Source: a virus. Taken from it: a DNA stretch of 64,000 nt. Of this stretch, positions 1-9,687 are shown in pieces. Positions within the stretch are counted from its first letter, which is position 1, and every line of letters begins with the position of its first letter. Made by a program: the position numbers and the translations under genes. The notes under the pieces were generated by a model. That model ran no database searches. It was given only the letters and a program-made list of their open reading frames with translations, and was not told the origin of the DNA. The stretch is taken from the IMG/VR virus record IMGVR_UViG_3300009181_007093; one strand, given 5' to 3'.

Positions 1-443
1 CTTGTTGTCCTTGAGTGCCTTGTGACCCAGTGCTTCCTTGTATGCCTTGTTGTCCTTGAGTGCCCTGTGATCCAGTGATGCCTTGTACTCCTTGTGTACC
101 TTGAGACCCAGTAATGCCCTGTTGTCCCTGTGTACCTTGTGATCCAGTAACTCCCTGTTGTCCCTGTGTACCTTGAGATCCAGTGATTCCCTGTTGTCCC
201 TGTGTACCTTGAGATCCAGTGATGCCCTGTTGTCCTTGAGTGCCTTGAGATCCAGTGATTCCCTGTTGTCCCTGTGTGCCTTGAGATCCAGTGATGCCCT
301 GTTGTCCCTGTGTACCTTGTGATCCCGTGATGCCTTGTTGTCCTTGAGTGCCTTGTGACCCAGTGCTTCCTTGTATGCCTTGTTGTCCTTGAGTGCCCTG
401 TGATCCAGTGATGCCTTGTACTCCTTGTGTACCTTGAGACCCA
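1..443. repeat. Exact 110-bp internal duplication (1-110 = 334-443) within the 9-nt-periodic collagen repeat
   Basis: Direct comparison of the sequence; offset 333 nt, so in frame. Confidence 0.8.
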
Positions 444-3400
444 TTAACTCCCTGTTGTCCTTGAGTACCTTGAGAACCAGTAACTCCTTGTACACCTTGA
501 GTACCTTGCGAACCAGTAACTCCTTGAATGCCTTGAGTGCCTTGAACTCCTGCAACTGATAATGTCCATGCACTGTACAGACCAGATCCAACAGAAAGAT
601 CTGTTGTTATTGCTACTTCGGTGTCACTTACTGAAGTTACGTTTCCTTCCATGTATTCTGTTGTTGGGCTAGCCGTGACTGCTGCCCGTAGTCTTTGTCC
701 AACTGCGAACCCTATTGATGGTGTTGATGCGTATGCAAAAATCCTGCCGTATAGTCCGATTCCAAGGTATCTGGAACTAGTTGATGTTACGGACATAACA
801 GCGGCTAGCCCTTGCACTCCTTGTATTCCTTGTTGTCCTTGAGTGCCCTGTGATCCAGTGATGCCTTGTACTCCTTGAGTGCCCTGAGATCCAGTGATGC
901 CCTGTTGCCCTTGTGTACCTTGAGATCCCGTAACTCCCTGTTGTCCTTGTGTGCCTTGAGATCCCGTGATTCCCTGTTGTCCCTGTGTACCTTGAGATCC
1001 AGTTATGCCTTGTTGTCCTTGTGTACCTTGAGATCCAGTGCTTCCTTGTATGCCTTGTTGTCCTTGAGTGCCCTGTGATCCAGTGATGCCCTGTTGCCCT
1101 TGTGTACCTTGAGATCCAGTGATTCCCTGTTGTCCCTGTGTACCTTGAGATCCAGTGATGCCTTGTTGTCCTTGAGTGCCTTGTGACCCAGTGCTTCCTT
1201 GTATGCCTTGTTGTCCTTGAGTGCCCTGTTGCCCTTGTGTACCTTGAGATCCCGTAACTCCCTGTTGTCCTTGTGTGCCCTGAGATCCCGTGATGCCCTG
1301 TTGTCCTTGTGTACCTTGAGACCCAGTAACTCCCTGTTGTCCTTGTGTACCTTGAGATCCAGTGATGCCTTGTACTCCTTGTGTACCTTGAGATCCAGTG
1401 ATGCCCTGTACTCCTTGTGTCCCTTGAGATCCAGTGATGCCCTGTACTCCTTGAGTACCTTGAGATCCAGTGATACCTTGTTGTCCCTGTGTACCCTGTG
1501 ATCCAGTGATGCCCTGTACTCCTTGAGTGCCTTGAGATCCAGTGATGCCCTGTACTCCTTGAGTGCCTTGAGATCCAGTGATACCTTGTTGTCCCTGTGT
1601 ACCTTGAGATCCAGTGATGCCCTGTTGTCCTTGCGTGCCCTGTGATCCAGTGATGCCTTGTACTCCTTGAGTACCTTGCGATCCAGTGATTCCCTGTACT
1701 CCTTGAGTGCCTTGAGTGCCTTGAGTGCCTTGAGTGCCTTGAGTGCCTTGAGATCCAGTAATTCCTTGTGTTCCTTCAGTACCTTGTATGCCTTGAGATC
1801 CAGTGATTCCTTGTATACCTTGTTGTCCTTGCGTGCCTTGTGACCCAGTACTTCCTTGTATGCCCTGTTGTCCTTGAGTGCCCTGTGATCCAGTGGCGCC
1901 TTGTACTCCTTGTGTACCTTGAGATCCAGTAATGCCCTGTTGTCCCTGTGTGCCTTGAGACCCAGTGATTCCCTGTACTCCTTGAGTGCCCTGTGATCCA
2001 GTGATGCCCTGTACTCCTTGAGTACCTTGTGTACCTTGAGATCCAGTGATGCCCTGTTGTCCTTGTGTACCTTGTGTGCCTTGAGATCCAGTGGTGCCCT
2101 GTACTCCTTGAGTACCTTGAGTACCTTGAGTACCTTGAGTACCTTGAGTACCTTGAGTGCCTTGAGTACCTTGAGTACCTTGAGTGCCTTGAGATCCAGT
2201 GATGCCCTGTACTCCTTGAGTACCTTGAGTACCTTGTGTTCCTTGTGTTCCTTGTGTTCCTTGTGTTCCTTGTGTTCCTTGAACACCCTGAGTACCTTGT
2301 GCTGCCTGAATGCCTTGTATACCTTGAATGCCTCTACCAGAAAACCCAGAAATTCCTTGTATACCTTGAATACCTTGAATACCCTGAATACCTTGAGCAC
2401 CTTGAGTACCTTGAATACCTGCAACCGATAAAACCCATGAACTTACTGCGCCGGATCCAAATTGTGTATCAACATTAATATAGACGTTACCGTTGGGCCA
2501 ATTAGTGGCGAGATACAGCAATCCTTCCACATAGTGAGTTGCATAACCACCAAGTGCTGTGTTACCAGGAGAGTTAGACTTTGCCGCTCGTACTCTAGAG
2601 CCTATAACAAAACCTACTGAAAGTTCAGAACGCGGAGTAGTGTTGAAAAGTTGCAATCCTATTAGATTAGTTGAAAGATTATATGATCCAGTCAACTCAA
2701 TAGAAAAATCAGGTCTTATACCTTGTACGCCTTGAATCCCTTGTAGTCCTTGAATGCCTTGAACACCTTGAATGCCTTGTCTACCCTGAACGCCTTGTAG
2801 TCCTTGAGTGCCTTGTATGCCTTGAATCCCTTGAATCCCTTGAGTACCTTGTAAGCCTTGTGTCCCTTGAGTGCCTTGATATCCAGTGATGCCCTGAATT
2901 CCTTGAGTACCTTGTGTACCTTGAGATCCAGTGATGCCCTGTACTCCTTGAGTACCTTGGGTACCTTGAGATCCAGTGATACCTTGTACTCCTTGTGTAC
3001 CTTGAGTGCCCTGAGATCCAGTGATGCCCTGTAATCCTTGAGTGCCTTGTGTACCTTGAGATCCAGTGATGCCCTGTACTCCTTGTGTACCTTGTGTGCC
3101 TTGAGATCCAGTGATGCCCTGTACTCCTTGAGTGCCTTGTGTGCCTTGTGTGCCTTGAGATCCAGTGATGCCCTGTACTCCTTGAGCACCTTGAGCACCT
3201 TGTGTGCCTTGAGTGCCTTGAGATCCAGTGATTCCTTGGATGCCCTGTACTCCTTGTGTACCTTGAGTGCCCTGAGATCCTTGTGTGCCTTGAGACCCAG
3301 TGATGCCCTGTACTCCTTGTGTACCCTGAGATCCAGTGATTCCTTGGATGCCCTGTACTCCTTGTGTACCTTGAGATCCGGTGATTCCTTGGATACCTTG

Positions 3401-4606
3401 TTGTCCTTGTGTACCTTGAGATCCAGTGATTCCTTGTATACCTTGCGAACCAGCGACTCCTTGTGATCCAGTAATTCCTTGTATACCTTGAGTGCCTTGT
3501 ATGCCCTGAGTACCTTGTGATCCAGTAATTCCTTGTATACCTTGCGATCCAGCGACTCCTTGTGAGCCAGTAACCCCTTGAATCCCCTGAACACCTTGTG
3601 AACCAGTAATGCCTTGTGATCCAGTAACGCCTTGTAATCCTTGAGTTCCTTGAGTTCCTTGAGTTCCTGTTCCCCCTTGCGTTCCTTGAGTTCCTTGTAT
3701 CCCAATAACTCCTTGCGAACCAGTAATTCCTTGTACCCCTTGTGATCCAGTAATACCTTGTACACCTTGTGTACCTTGAGTGCCTTGTGATCCAGTAACT
3801 CCCTGTTGACCTTGTGTGCCTTGTGCCCCAGCGACTCCTTGTACGCCTTGAGATCCAGCGACTCCTTGCGATCCAACAACTCCTTGTGATCCAGTGATGC
3901 CAGTGATGCCCTGTACTCCTTGAGTGCCTTGAGATCCAGTAACGCCTTGTAGTCCTTGCGTTCCTTGTGTACCTTGTGCTCCTGTTCCCCCTTGCGTTCC
4001 TTGTGTTCCTTGAATGCCTTGGGATCCAATAATTCCTTGTGAACCAGAGACTCCTTGTGATCCATTAATTCCTTGCCGACCTTGTATGCCTTGCGAGCCA
4101 GCGACTCCTTGGATTCCTTGCGACCCAGTAACTCCTTGTGAACCAGTAGCTCCTTGAGTACCTTGCGATCCAGAAATACCTTGAGTGCCTTGAGTTCCTT
4201 GGTTTCCTGTGGCACCTTGAGTTCCTTGAGTTCCTTGTGAACCAGTGACTCCTTGTGAACCAGTTACTCCTTGTGATCCATTAATTCCTTGCCGACCTTG
4301 TATGCCTTGTGAACCAGCGATTCCTTGGGAACCAGAGACTCCTTGTGATCCAGCGACTCCTTGGATGCCTTGCGACCCAGTAATGCCTTGGATGCCTTGA
4401 AGTCCAATAATACCTTGTGACCCAATTCCTTGAGTTCCTTGAGTTCCTTGAGCACCTGTGGGTCCTTGCGTTCCTTGCGTTCCTTGCGTTCCTTGCGTTC
4501 CTTGAATTCCTTGAATTCCTTGAATTCCTTGAATTCCTTGAATTCCTTGAATTCCTTGAACTCCTTGAGTTCCCACATCTAATTTAACGAACAGTTCTTC
4601 AGACAA
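1..4606 (-). CDS. Very long collagen-like (Gly-X-Y) fibre protein with two embedded homologous globular modules; 3'-partial (runs off window)
   Basis: Translated by hand: TTG at 4606 gives MSEELFVKLDVGTQGVQGIQ... The same register holds at 2722 and at 10, and both non-repeat blocks translate stop-free (GTQ/GQQ/GIT/GSQ triplets). Non-collagen modules at ~550-810 and ~2420-2720. The ORF track reports only off-frame shadows because the true frame has no stop in the window. Confidence 0.9.
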   Translation of the reverse strand, partial: MSEELFVKLDVGTQGVQGIQGIQGIQGIQGIQGIQGTQGTQGTQGTQGPTGAQGTQGTQGIGSQGIIGLQGIQGITGSQGIQGVAGSQGVSGSQGIAGSQGIQGRQGINGSQGVTGSQGVTGSQGTQGTQGATGNQGTQGTQGISGSQGTQGATGSQGVTGSQGIQGVAGSQGIQGRQGINGSQGVSGSQGIIGSQGIQGTQGTQGGTGAQGTQGTQGLQGVTGSQGTQGVQGITGITGSQGVVGSQGVAGSQGVQGVAGAQGTQGQQGVTGSQGTQGTQGVQGITGSQGVQGITGSQGVIGIQGTQGTQGGTGTQGTQGTQGLQGVTGSQGITGSQGVQGIQGVTGSQGVAGSQGIQGITGSQGTQGIQGTQGIQGITGSQGVAGSQGIQGITGSQGTQGQQGIQGITGSQGTQGVQGIQGITGSQGTQGVQGITGSQGTQGSQGTQGTQGVQGIQGITGSQGTQGTQGAQGAQGVQGITGSQGTQGTQGTQGVQGITGSQGTQGTQGVQGITGSQGTQGTQGLQGITGSQGTQGTQGVQGITGSQGTQGTQGVQGITGSQGTQGTQGIQGITGYQGTQGTQGLQGTQGIQGIQGIQGTQGLQGVQGRQGIQGVQGIQGLQGIQGVQGIRPDFSIELTGSYNLSTNLIGLQLFNTTPRSELSVGFVIGSRVRAAKSNSPGNTALGGYATHYVEGLLYLATNWPNGNVYINVDTQFGSGAVSSWVLSVAGIQGTQGAQGIQGIQGIQGIQGISGFSGRGIQGIQGIQAAQGTQGVQGTQGTQGTQGTQGTQGTQGTQGVQGITGSQGTQGTQGTQGTQGTQGTQGTQGTQGTQGVQGTTGSQGTQGTQGQQGITGSQGTQGTQGVQGITGSQGTQGVQGITGSQGTQGQQGITGSQGTQGVQGATGSQGTQGQQGIQGSTGSQGTQGQQGIQGITGSQGIQGTEGTQGITGSQGTQGTQGTQGTQGTQGVQGITGSQGTQGVQGITGSQGTQGQQGITGSQGTQGQQGITGSQGTQGVQGITGSQGTQGVQGITGSQGTQGQQGITGSQGTQGVQGITGSQGTQGVQGITGSQGTQGVQGITGSQGTQGQQGVTGSQGTQGQQGITGSQGTQGQQGVTGSQGTQGQQGTQGQQGIQGSTGSQGTQGQQGITGSQGTQGQQGITGSQGTQGQQGITGSQGTQGQQGIQGSTGSQGTQGQQGITGSQGTQGQQGITGSQGTQGQQGVTGSQGTQGQQGITGSQGTQGVQGITGSQGTQGQQGIQGVQGLAAVMSVTSTSSRYLGIGLYGRIFAYASTPSIGFAVGQRLRAAVTASPTTEYMEGNVTSVSDTEVAITTDLSVGSGLYSAWTLSVAGVQGTQGIQGVTGSQGTQGVQGVTGSQGTQGQQGVNGSQGTQGVQGITGSQGTQGQQGIQGSTGSQGTQGQQGITGSQGTQGQQGITGSQGTQGQQGITGSQGTQGQQGITGSQGTQGQQGITGSQGTQGQQGVTGSQGTQGQQGITGSQGTQGVQGITGSQGTQGQQGIQGSTGSQGTQGQQ

Positions 4607-4725
4607 TATTTTTCTTTCACTTATAAAACAGGCAAATTAATCACTATATATATGTTATAAGATTTAAAAGCACATTCATCAATATTTCATTAATCTTTCA
4701 TATATATTTATCAGAAAGAGGTAAA

Positions 4726-5217
4726 ATGGCATTAGAACAATGGGAAATTAATTTAAGAAAACAATTAGAAAACGTACAATCCGTAAAAAAAGAAATTAAA
4801 GCAATTCAAGAAATTAAAGCAATTAATTTAACGAATGATTTTACATTTTATATTTCTATGTTCGTTTTTTTAATTTTATCATTTATTTTCTTTTTAGATA
4901 TTAAAACAGACATTTTTAGATTTATTAGCATTAAAGAAAACAACAATAATCAAATATATTTGGATCAATCCCAAAGCAAGCCACCAGAGCCATACTCATC
5001 AGATGAATTGGAAAAAATAAAAGAAAGAATAAAGCGACAAGAAGAAAAAACTTTTTTATTAGGTCTAATTACCAATGAAAACACTTTTATTTTAAAGCAG
5101 GGAAAAAGTAAGAAGCAAATGCTCAATTTAAATAAAAACTGGACATTAAATCAGCGTCCAATATATCTTGAATTAACAGATAAAGACATTGAATATCTTG
5201 AGTCATTAAACAATTAA
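4726..5217 (+). CDS. Hypothetical single-pass membrane protein
   Basis: GAGG RBS; hydrophobic segment FYISMFVFLILSFIFFL; TATATA motif upstream. Confidence 0.7.
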   Translation: MALEQWEINLRKQLENVQSVKKEIKAIQEIKAINLTNDFTFYISMFVFLILSFIFFLDIKTDIFRFISIKENNNNQIYLDQSQSKPPEPYSSDELEKIKERIKRQEEKTFLLGLITNENTFILKQGKSKKQMLNLNKNWTLNQRPIYLELTDKDIEYLESLNN

Positions 5218-5231
5218 AAAAGGAAACGAAA

Positions 5232-5618
5232 ATGAATTTTCATGATTTGAACAAAATAATTACAGAAACTCCAAATTTTTTAAGGATGCCAGGCCAAGGC
5301 TCCGCACAGGCGGGTCAGGGTCAAATGCCAGGCCAAGGAAGCACACCGCTCACGATGAACGCCTCGCAGGCGAAGGCAGGAAGCACACAACAGGCAGATC
5401 CGGGAAGTCCTGATCAGACTCAGGGAATTCCTGATCCTAGAACATCACGAGACACATCTTCGTTGCTGAATAAAATTTCTAAAAAAACTGGTGAGCATTC
5501 TGGTAAATACAGACCATTAGTTTCATTTTTAGGCCACAATCCAGCAATGTTAGATTTATTTAATAACATTTTAGATAATGCTGGTGCGATGCAACAATCA
5601 ACGTTTAAAAACTTGTAA
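5232..5618 (+). CDS. Hypothetical protein, possibly virion-internal (MNFHDLNKIITE N-terminus, Q/G/P-rich middle)
   Basis: AAGGA RBS; N-terminus resembles capsid-targeting-type leaders. Confidence 0.65.
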   Translation: MNFHDLNKIITETPNFLRMPGQGSAQAGQGQMPGQGSTPLTMNASQAKAGSTQQADPGSPDQTQGIPDPRTSRDTSSLLNKISKKTGEHSGKYRPLVSFLGHNPAMLDLFNNILDNAGAMQQSTFKNL

Positions 5619-5671
5619 TTTATCCATAACTGGTATTCTTTAGGGATAAAAAATAGTTTACAATCGACAAA

Positions 5672-5938
5672 ATGAACAAGGATCTTTTGCCAAGAGTTAG
5701 TATTGAGATTAGTGCTTCTTTAGAGCATGAACTTACTGGCAAAAAAGATGCAGCATATATAAAGCAACAATTAAAAATTATTCAAAAGGAAAACCCTGTT
5801 TTATACTTTTGGATTAAATCGTTTTCAAAAAAGACAAAAGATAAAAAAGGTGCTGCTTTTTGTGGAATTATGGTTTTTAAACTTCTTAGAATTCAAGCAG
5901 AATGCGACAGAATGGAAACAGAGATTAAGTTAATTTGA
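5672..5938 (+). CDS. Hypothetical protein
   Basis: ORF in series with the two upstream + strand genes; ends at a convergent gene. Confidence 0.65.
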   Translation: MNKDLLPRVSIEISASLEHELTGKKDAAYIKQQLKIIQKENPVLYFWIKSFSKKTKDKKGAAFCGIMVFKLLRIQAECDRMETEIKLI

Positions 5939-6529
5939 CTATCGGCATGATCCGCCTGAGCAACTGCTTGTTGGAGAAAGCCCATAATCTCTACACGCTG
6001 ATATCACATTAAATGGGTTGCTAGGTGAGCATGTATTGTTACTTCCACATCTATTTGGTGTAGACGTAGTTTGTACTGGTATTCTTTCTGGATATGATTG
6101 CTGAAAATTATTTTCTGTCTTTACAGGAACTTCTTTTATTACTTTCCAACATCCATCTTCACGTTTTAGAAATACTCTAGAAACAGTTTCTTTGCCCGAT
6201 CCTTCATAAGAAATAGCAACTTCCGCAGAATCTTCTTCCTGTGAAAGGATGTGTTGTTCTAACAAATTAAAAGAAGTATTATTTTTAGCAAAAAATAAAC
6301 CAGAATCTCTTCTTGCTTTTGATTGTAATTCTTTAGAAAAGAATGATGCGTATTCTACACAATCTTGTGCATTCAACGCCTTTGCGATTCCTTCTATTGT
6401 TTGTCTTATGCCTGTTTCCTCCTTTGATGGGTTTGATGAAGGATCGCCACCTATACTAGACATTGTAGGTCTATCTGCAATTGCAATGGTAGCAAACAAA
6501 GAAACGTATATAAAAAGTAATTTATTCAT
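5939..6529 (-). CDS. Secreted NTF2-like fold protein with Cys-rich C-tail
   Basis: Signal peptide MNKLLFIYVSLFATIAIA; NTF2-type end FLKREDGCWKV. Confidence 0.6.
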   Translation of the reverse strand: MNKLLFIYVSLFATIAIADRPTMSSIGGDPSSNPSKEETGIRQTIEGIAKALNAQDCVEYASFFSKELQSKARRDSGLFFAKNNTSFNLLEQHILSQEEDSAEVAISYEGSGKETVSRVFLKREDGCWKVIKEVPVKTENNFQQSYPERIPVQTTSTPNRCGSNNTCSPSNPFNVISACRDYGLSPTSSCSGGSCR

Positions 6530-7065
6530 TTTTTCCCTGCAAAATTATTATGTGTCGAATATGACGAATTATCAATTGCTTCAAAAAGAGACTCTGTGTC
6601 AACGGCTGGACCTATAATAGAAGGCTTATCTATTAAATATGCTCCATATAATGTTTGTGGTGCGTTTGTGTCCATCATTTTATATATTTCATTTGGTAGT
6701 GTTCGGCTCACAACAACAAAATCATTGTATTGGGTTGCTTCAACAAAAGATCGGCCCATGAATATCCAAGTAAAACTTCCAGCTTTCCAACAATCATGCA
6801 TTAATCTTGTTCCTTCATTAGGAAATCCACTTTTTATAGGAACTTCTGTGCCATCTATTTGCTGGTGGCTTTTAATTGTTTCCTGTAGAACAAACCCCTC
6901 TTCTTGATTTAAACTGATTTTATCAAGAAATTTACGCACTAATGTATAAGGGTAATGCGTCCAAAATGGTTCAAAGTTATTTTTCAATTTTCTTGAAACA
7001 TAATGTTCCCATACAACACCACATTTATCTTCAAAAGAGGCGGATGCATTCATTTTTTCTATCAT
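6526..7065 (-). CDS. Hypothetical protein
   Basis: ATGA overlap with the next gene. Confidence 0.7.
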   Translation of the reverse strand: MIEKMNASASFEDKCGVVWEHYVSRKLKNNFEPFWTHYPYTLVRKFLDKISLNQEEGFVLQETIKSHQQIDGTEVPIKSGFPNEGTRLMHDCWKAGSFTWIFMGRSFVEATQYNDFVVVSRTLPNEIYKMMDTNAPQTLYGAYLIDKPSIIGPAVDTESLFEAIDNSSYSTHNNFAGKK

Positions 7066-7081
7066 TATTAAATATCCATAT

Positions 7082-7486
7082 CTAGCTATTTTTATTGTTT
7101 ACAGGCTCACAATTTCCGCTCCATTGAAAGCTCTTCTTCGTTGCATTCCAAGTTAGAATACCATTAACACGCTCAAACCAGTCAAAATTTCCATATCTTT
7201 CCCATATAGGCTGCGTAAGCAAACCAATGAATGGGTCTTTATGGTTGAAAGAATCCAGTTCTTCTACAAGCTTTTTGCCTTTATATAGGTTCGCCTCGTA
7301 GCAACAACCTTCCTCTCCTCCTCCTTGATATTTTAAAACAGCCTTATTTGCTCCTCTCTTTTTCATTTCTTCAAAAACATTTTCAACTTCCTGCGGAGGG
7401 CTTTTCCAGCATTTTTTTTCTTCCGCAAAACCTATAGCTTTCTTTTTAGCAGAAGTTATGTTTTTTTTACTTAATTTTTTTTTCAT
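7082..7486 (-). CDS. Hypothetical protein (DUF6878-like YxGGGxxG motif)
   Basis: KYQGGGEEGCC motif; family match from memory only. Confidence 0.5.
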   Translation of the reverse strand: MKKKLSKKNITSAKKKAIGFAEEKKCWKSPPQEVENVFEEMKKRGANKAVLKYQGGGEEGCCYEANLYKGKKLVEELDSFNHKDPFIGLLTQPIWERYGNFDWFERVNGILTWNATKKSFQWSGNCEPVNNKNS

Positions 7487-7515
7487 TATTATGCCCTAGA
7501 TTATTTCAGGTAATT

Positions 7516-7998
7516 CTATTCGGCTTCAGCTTTATCGACATTAACTTGTTTCATTTCACTTACAATAACAAGTAGTTTCCAAACTCCATTTTCAAATTTA
7601 AAAGTGTTAAGGTACTCTACTCTTTCGTCCGGTACGAGAGCACTTGAGTTCCTATATGCCTTTTGTGGTTTCGTTGGAGCATCCCTATTTTGCACATATG
7701 TATCTTGCACTATTCTAGCTAGTGCATATGGAAACTTAATTTCAATAAGTTCGCACTCTACAAGGCTATAGTGTATATCTTTTTCTGCAAACACGGAAAA
7801 TGACTCTTTTTCAAACTTATCTCTATCTGGCATTTCATTTGAACAAGAGTTCATAACAGCACGAACATCTTCTTTATTGCAAGCATCAAAATTTCTTTGC
7901 ATAGCCTCATTGACTTTTTGTTCAACTGCTTTGTCTACACAAAAAGCAAAAGAGGACATTGAAAAGAACAGTACAATCGATATAAAGCATTTTTTCAT
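7516..7998 (-). CDS. Secreted NTF2-like fold protein
   Basis: Signal peptide MKKCFISIVLFFSMSSFAFC; FKFENGVWKL end. Confidence 0.6.
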   Translation of the reverse strand: MKKCFISIVLFFSMSSFAFCVDKAVEQKVNEAMQRNFDACNKEDVRAVMNSCSNEMPDRDKFEKESFSVFAEKDIHYSLVECELIEIKFPYALARIVQDTYVQNRDAPTKPQKAYRNSSALVPDERVEYLNTFKFENGVWKLLVIVSEMKQVNVDKAEAE

Positions 7999-8029
7999 TA
8001 TAAAACCTATTTTTAAATTTAGAAGTTAA

Positions 8030-8983
8030 TTATTTCGTATCATCGGAATTATTTCTTGTCATAATATCAGAGGCAGCAGAAATTTTTCTCTTTGTCCTCT
8101 CTACATCACTATCTCCAACAGCAAACTTTACATGACTTGGATATGCAATCGGCTTAATCACAGCAAATACGGCTGAAAGCTGTTCTGCTGTCTCACAGTA
8201 CGATGCTACCCTCGCATAAAAATCTGTTTTTACAACAACACCAGGATCCGTTTTTACGACCGTTGCTTTCTCTTGTGGAGTAAGTGCCTCTACATGCGTT
8301 GTTCCATCCCACATCAAGAGAGCAGATAGCTTTGCACCGGCGGTTTTTTCTTCTATGCTAGATTCGAACCATTCACGACCAGCACCATAATGACCATCAA
8401 GCAACTCAGATAAACTTCTGATTCCTGTAACAGGGTTGAAATCAAGTTCATTGTTTACTAGATCAGAAGCATTCGATTGAGAAAGCCCTAACGATACAAA
8501 AAGCCCCTTAAAAAAATCAACAGGGTCAGCGTTCTCTGGCATCTTTTTAAATTCAACTTTGAACTTGTCTTGGAAAATGAATATGAACTGATGATCCACT
8601 TTACCATCGCTGTCATTGATAACGATTTGTGGATTTGATGGTCTAGATTTGTTCTCAAAAATTTTATCAATCATCTGACCTTCTGCATATTCAGAAAGTT
8701 GAGCCTTTGTATTTTCAAGACGGGATAGAACAGAATCATAAACAGTCTTAGCTTCAACCCAGTTTTTAGCAACCGTAGTCATTTCTGGGCTTAGTACCAT
8801 TTCCCAGCGATCCTGCTTGCCTTTTGGTTGTGGCGTTACCTGTAGACCATGCTGTTGCAATGTCTTGTTTAAGTTCGCCATGACATCGGAAGAACGAGGA
8901 AGCGAACTCATACCACGAACAATCTGTACTGCCTTTTTTACAACATCGTCTGATTTAACAGTGATCTTTTTAGACTTAGACAT
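8030..8983 (-). CDS. Hypothetical protein (likely start MSKSKK at 8983)
   Basis: Long ORF with typical composition; upstream ATG at 9052 lies in AT-rich promoter-like sequence. Confidence 0.75.
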   Translation of the reverse strand: MSKSKKITVKSDDVVKKAVQIVRGMSSLPRSSDVMANLNKTLQQHGLQVTPQPKGKQDRWEMVLSPEMTTVAKNWVEAKTVYDSVLSRLENTKAQLSEYAEGQMIDKIFENKSRPSNPQIVINDSDGKVDHQFIFIFQDKFKVEFKKMPENADPVDFFKGLFVSLGLSQSNASDLVNNELDFNPVTGIRSLSELLDGHYGAGREWFESSIEEKTAGAKLSALLMWDGTTHVEALTPQEKATVVKTDPGVVVKTDFYARVASYCETAEQLSAVFAVIKPIAYPSHVKFAVGDSDVERTKRKISAASDIMTRNNSDDTK

Positions 8984-9076
8984 TTTTTTAATTTCCAAAA
9001 ATTCCTTAATTACCACACTTCTAATTATAGCACACAATACCATAAGGTACAATTAAATTTTGACTGTAATTCCATG

Positions 9077-9266
9077 GAAAAGCACGTAAAGTCTTTGATA
9101 GAAACGACTTACGGCATGAATTTAGAAGAAAAGCACGTAAAGCCTTTGATATAAACGACTTACGGCGTTAATTCAATCGAAAAACACGTAAAGTCTTTGG
9201 TAGAAGCGACTTACGTCGTTAATTAAGAAGAAAAGCACGTAAAGTCTTTGTTAGGAACGACTTACG
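9077..9266. repeat. Four direct repeats, 51-bp period, each with an imperfect inverted repeat CGTAAAG(T/C)C-N12-GACTTACG
   Basis: Copies start at 9077, 9128, 9179 and 9230; ~37-bp conserved core plus ~14-bp linker; intergenic. Confidence 0.9.
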
Positions 9267-9336
9267 TCTTACAAAAGAACAAATTAGCATAGAGGCTCCT
9301 TATTTTCCGTCATTACTGGACACTGCGGTACCAGAA

Positions 9337-9567
9337 TTAAATAACTTGCAGTAGGAACTCATGTTCTAAAATTAACGTCTTTGTAGAAAAAAATAGTGTT
9401 TTTTCAATACACAGGCTGTCTTCTACCATTGTTATTTTACCCAAAACGCTATGATGTCTGCTTTCATGATGTAATCTCATAGCACGATTGGCTGCACACT
9501 TTGCGTTTTTATTGTAGGTAATTATTGAAAAGTTGCCGCTGCTAACCTTGTATTTTTTTATTCTCAT
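9337..9567 (-). CDS. Hypothetical protein
   Basis: Short ORF in a minus-strand run. Confidence 0.5.
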   Translation of the reverse strand: MRIKKYKVSSGNFSIITYNKNAKCAANRAMRLHHESRHHSVLGKITMVEDSLCIEKTLFFSTKTLILEHEFLLQVI

Positions 9568-9687
9568 TGATATGAACCCCCAAATTTTTCAATTAACTTT
9601 GTGCAGTTTTTCTTGAATCAAACGATGAAGCCACGGTAATATTCTTCTACTGTAAGAAATTCGTTTCATTCTTTTTTAAATGCCATG

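Noticed and set aside
621-4578. Track ORFs in the collagen region (e.g. 1003-2424, 2716-4215, 4264-4578 minus; LCTLRSS-type plus ORFs)
   Set aside because: Off-frame or antisense shadows of the 9-nt-periodic repeat; the Gly-X-Y frame is the real gene.
9077-9266. Possible CRISPR array
   Set aside because: Linkers are only ~14 bp and similar to each other, repeat centres vary, and there are no cas genes in the window.
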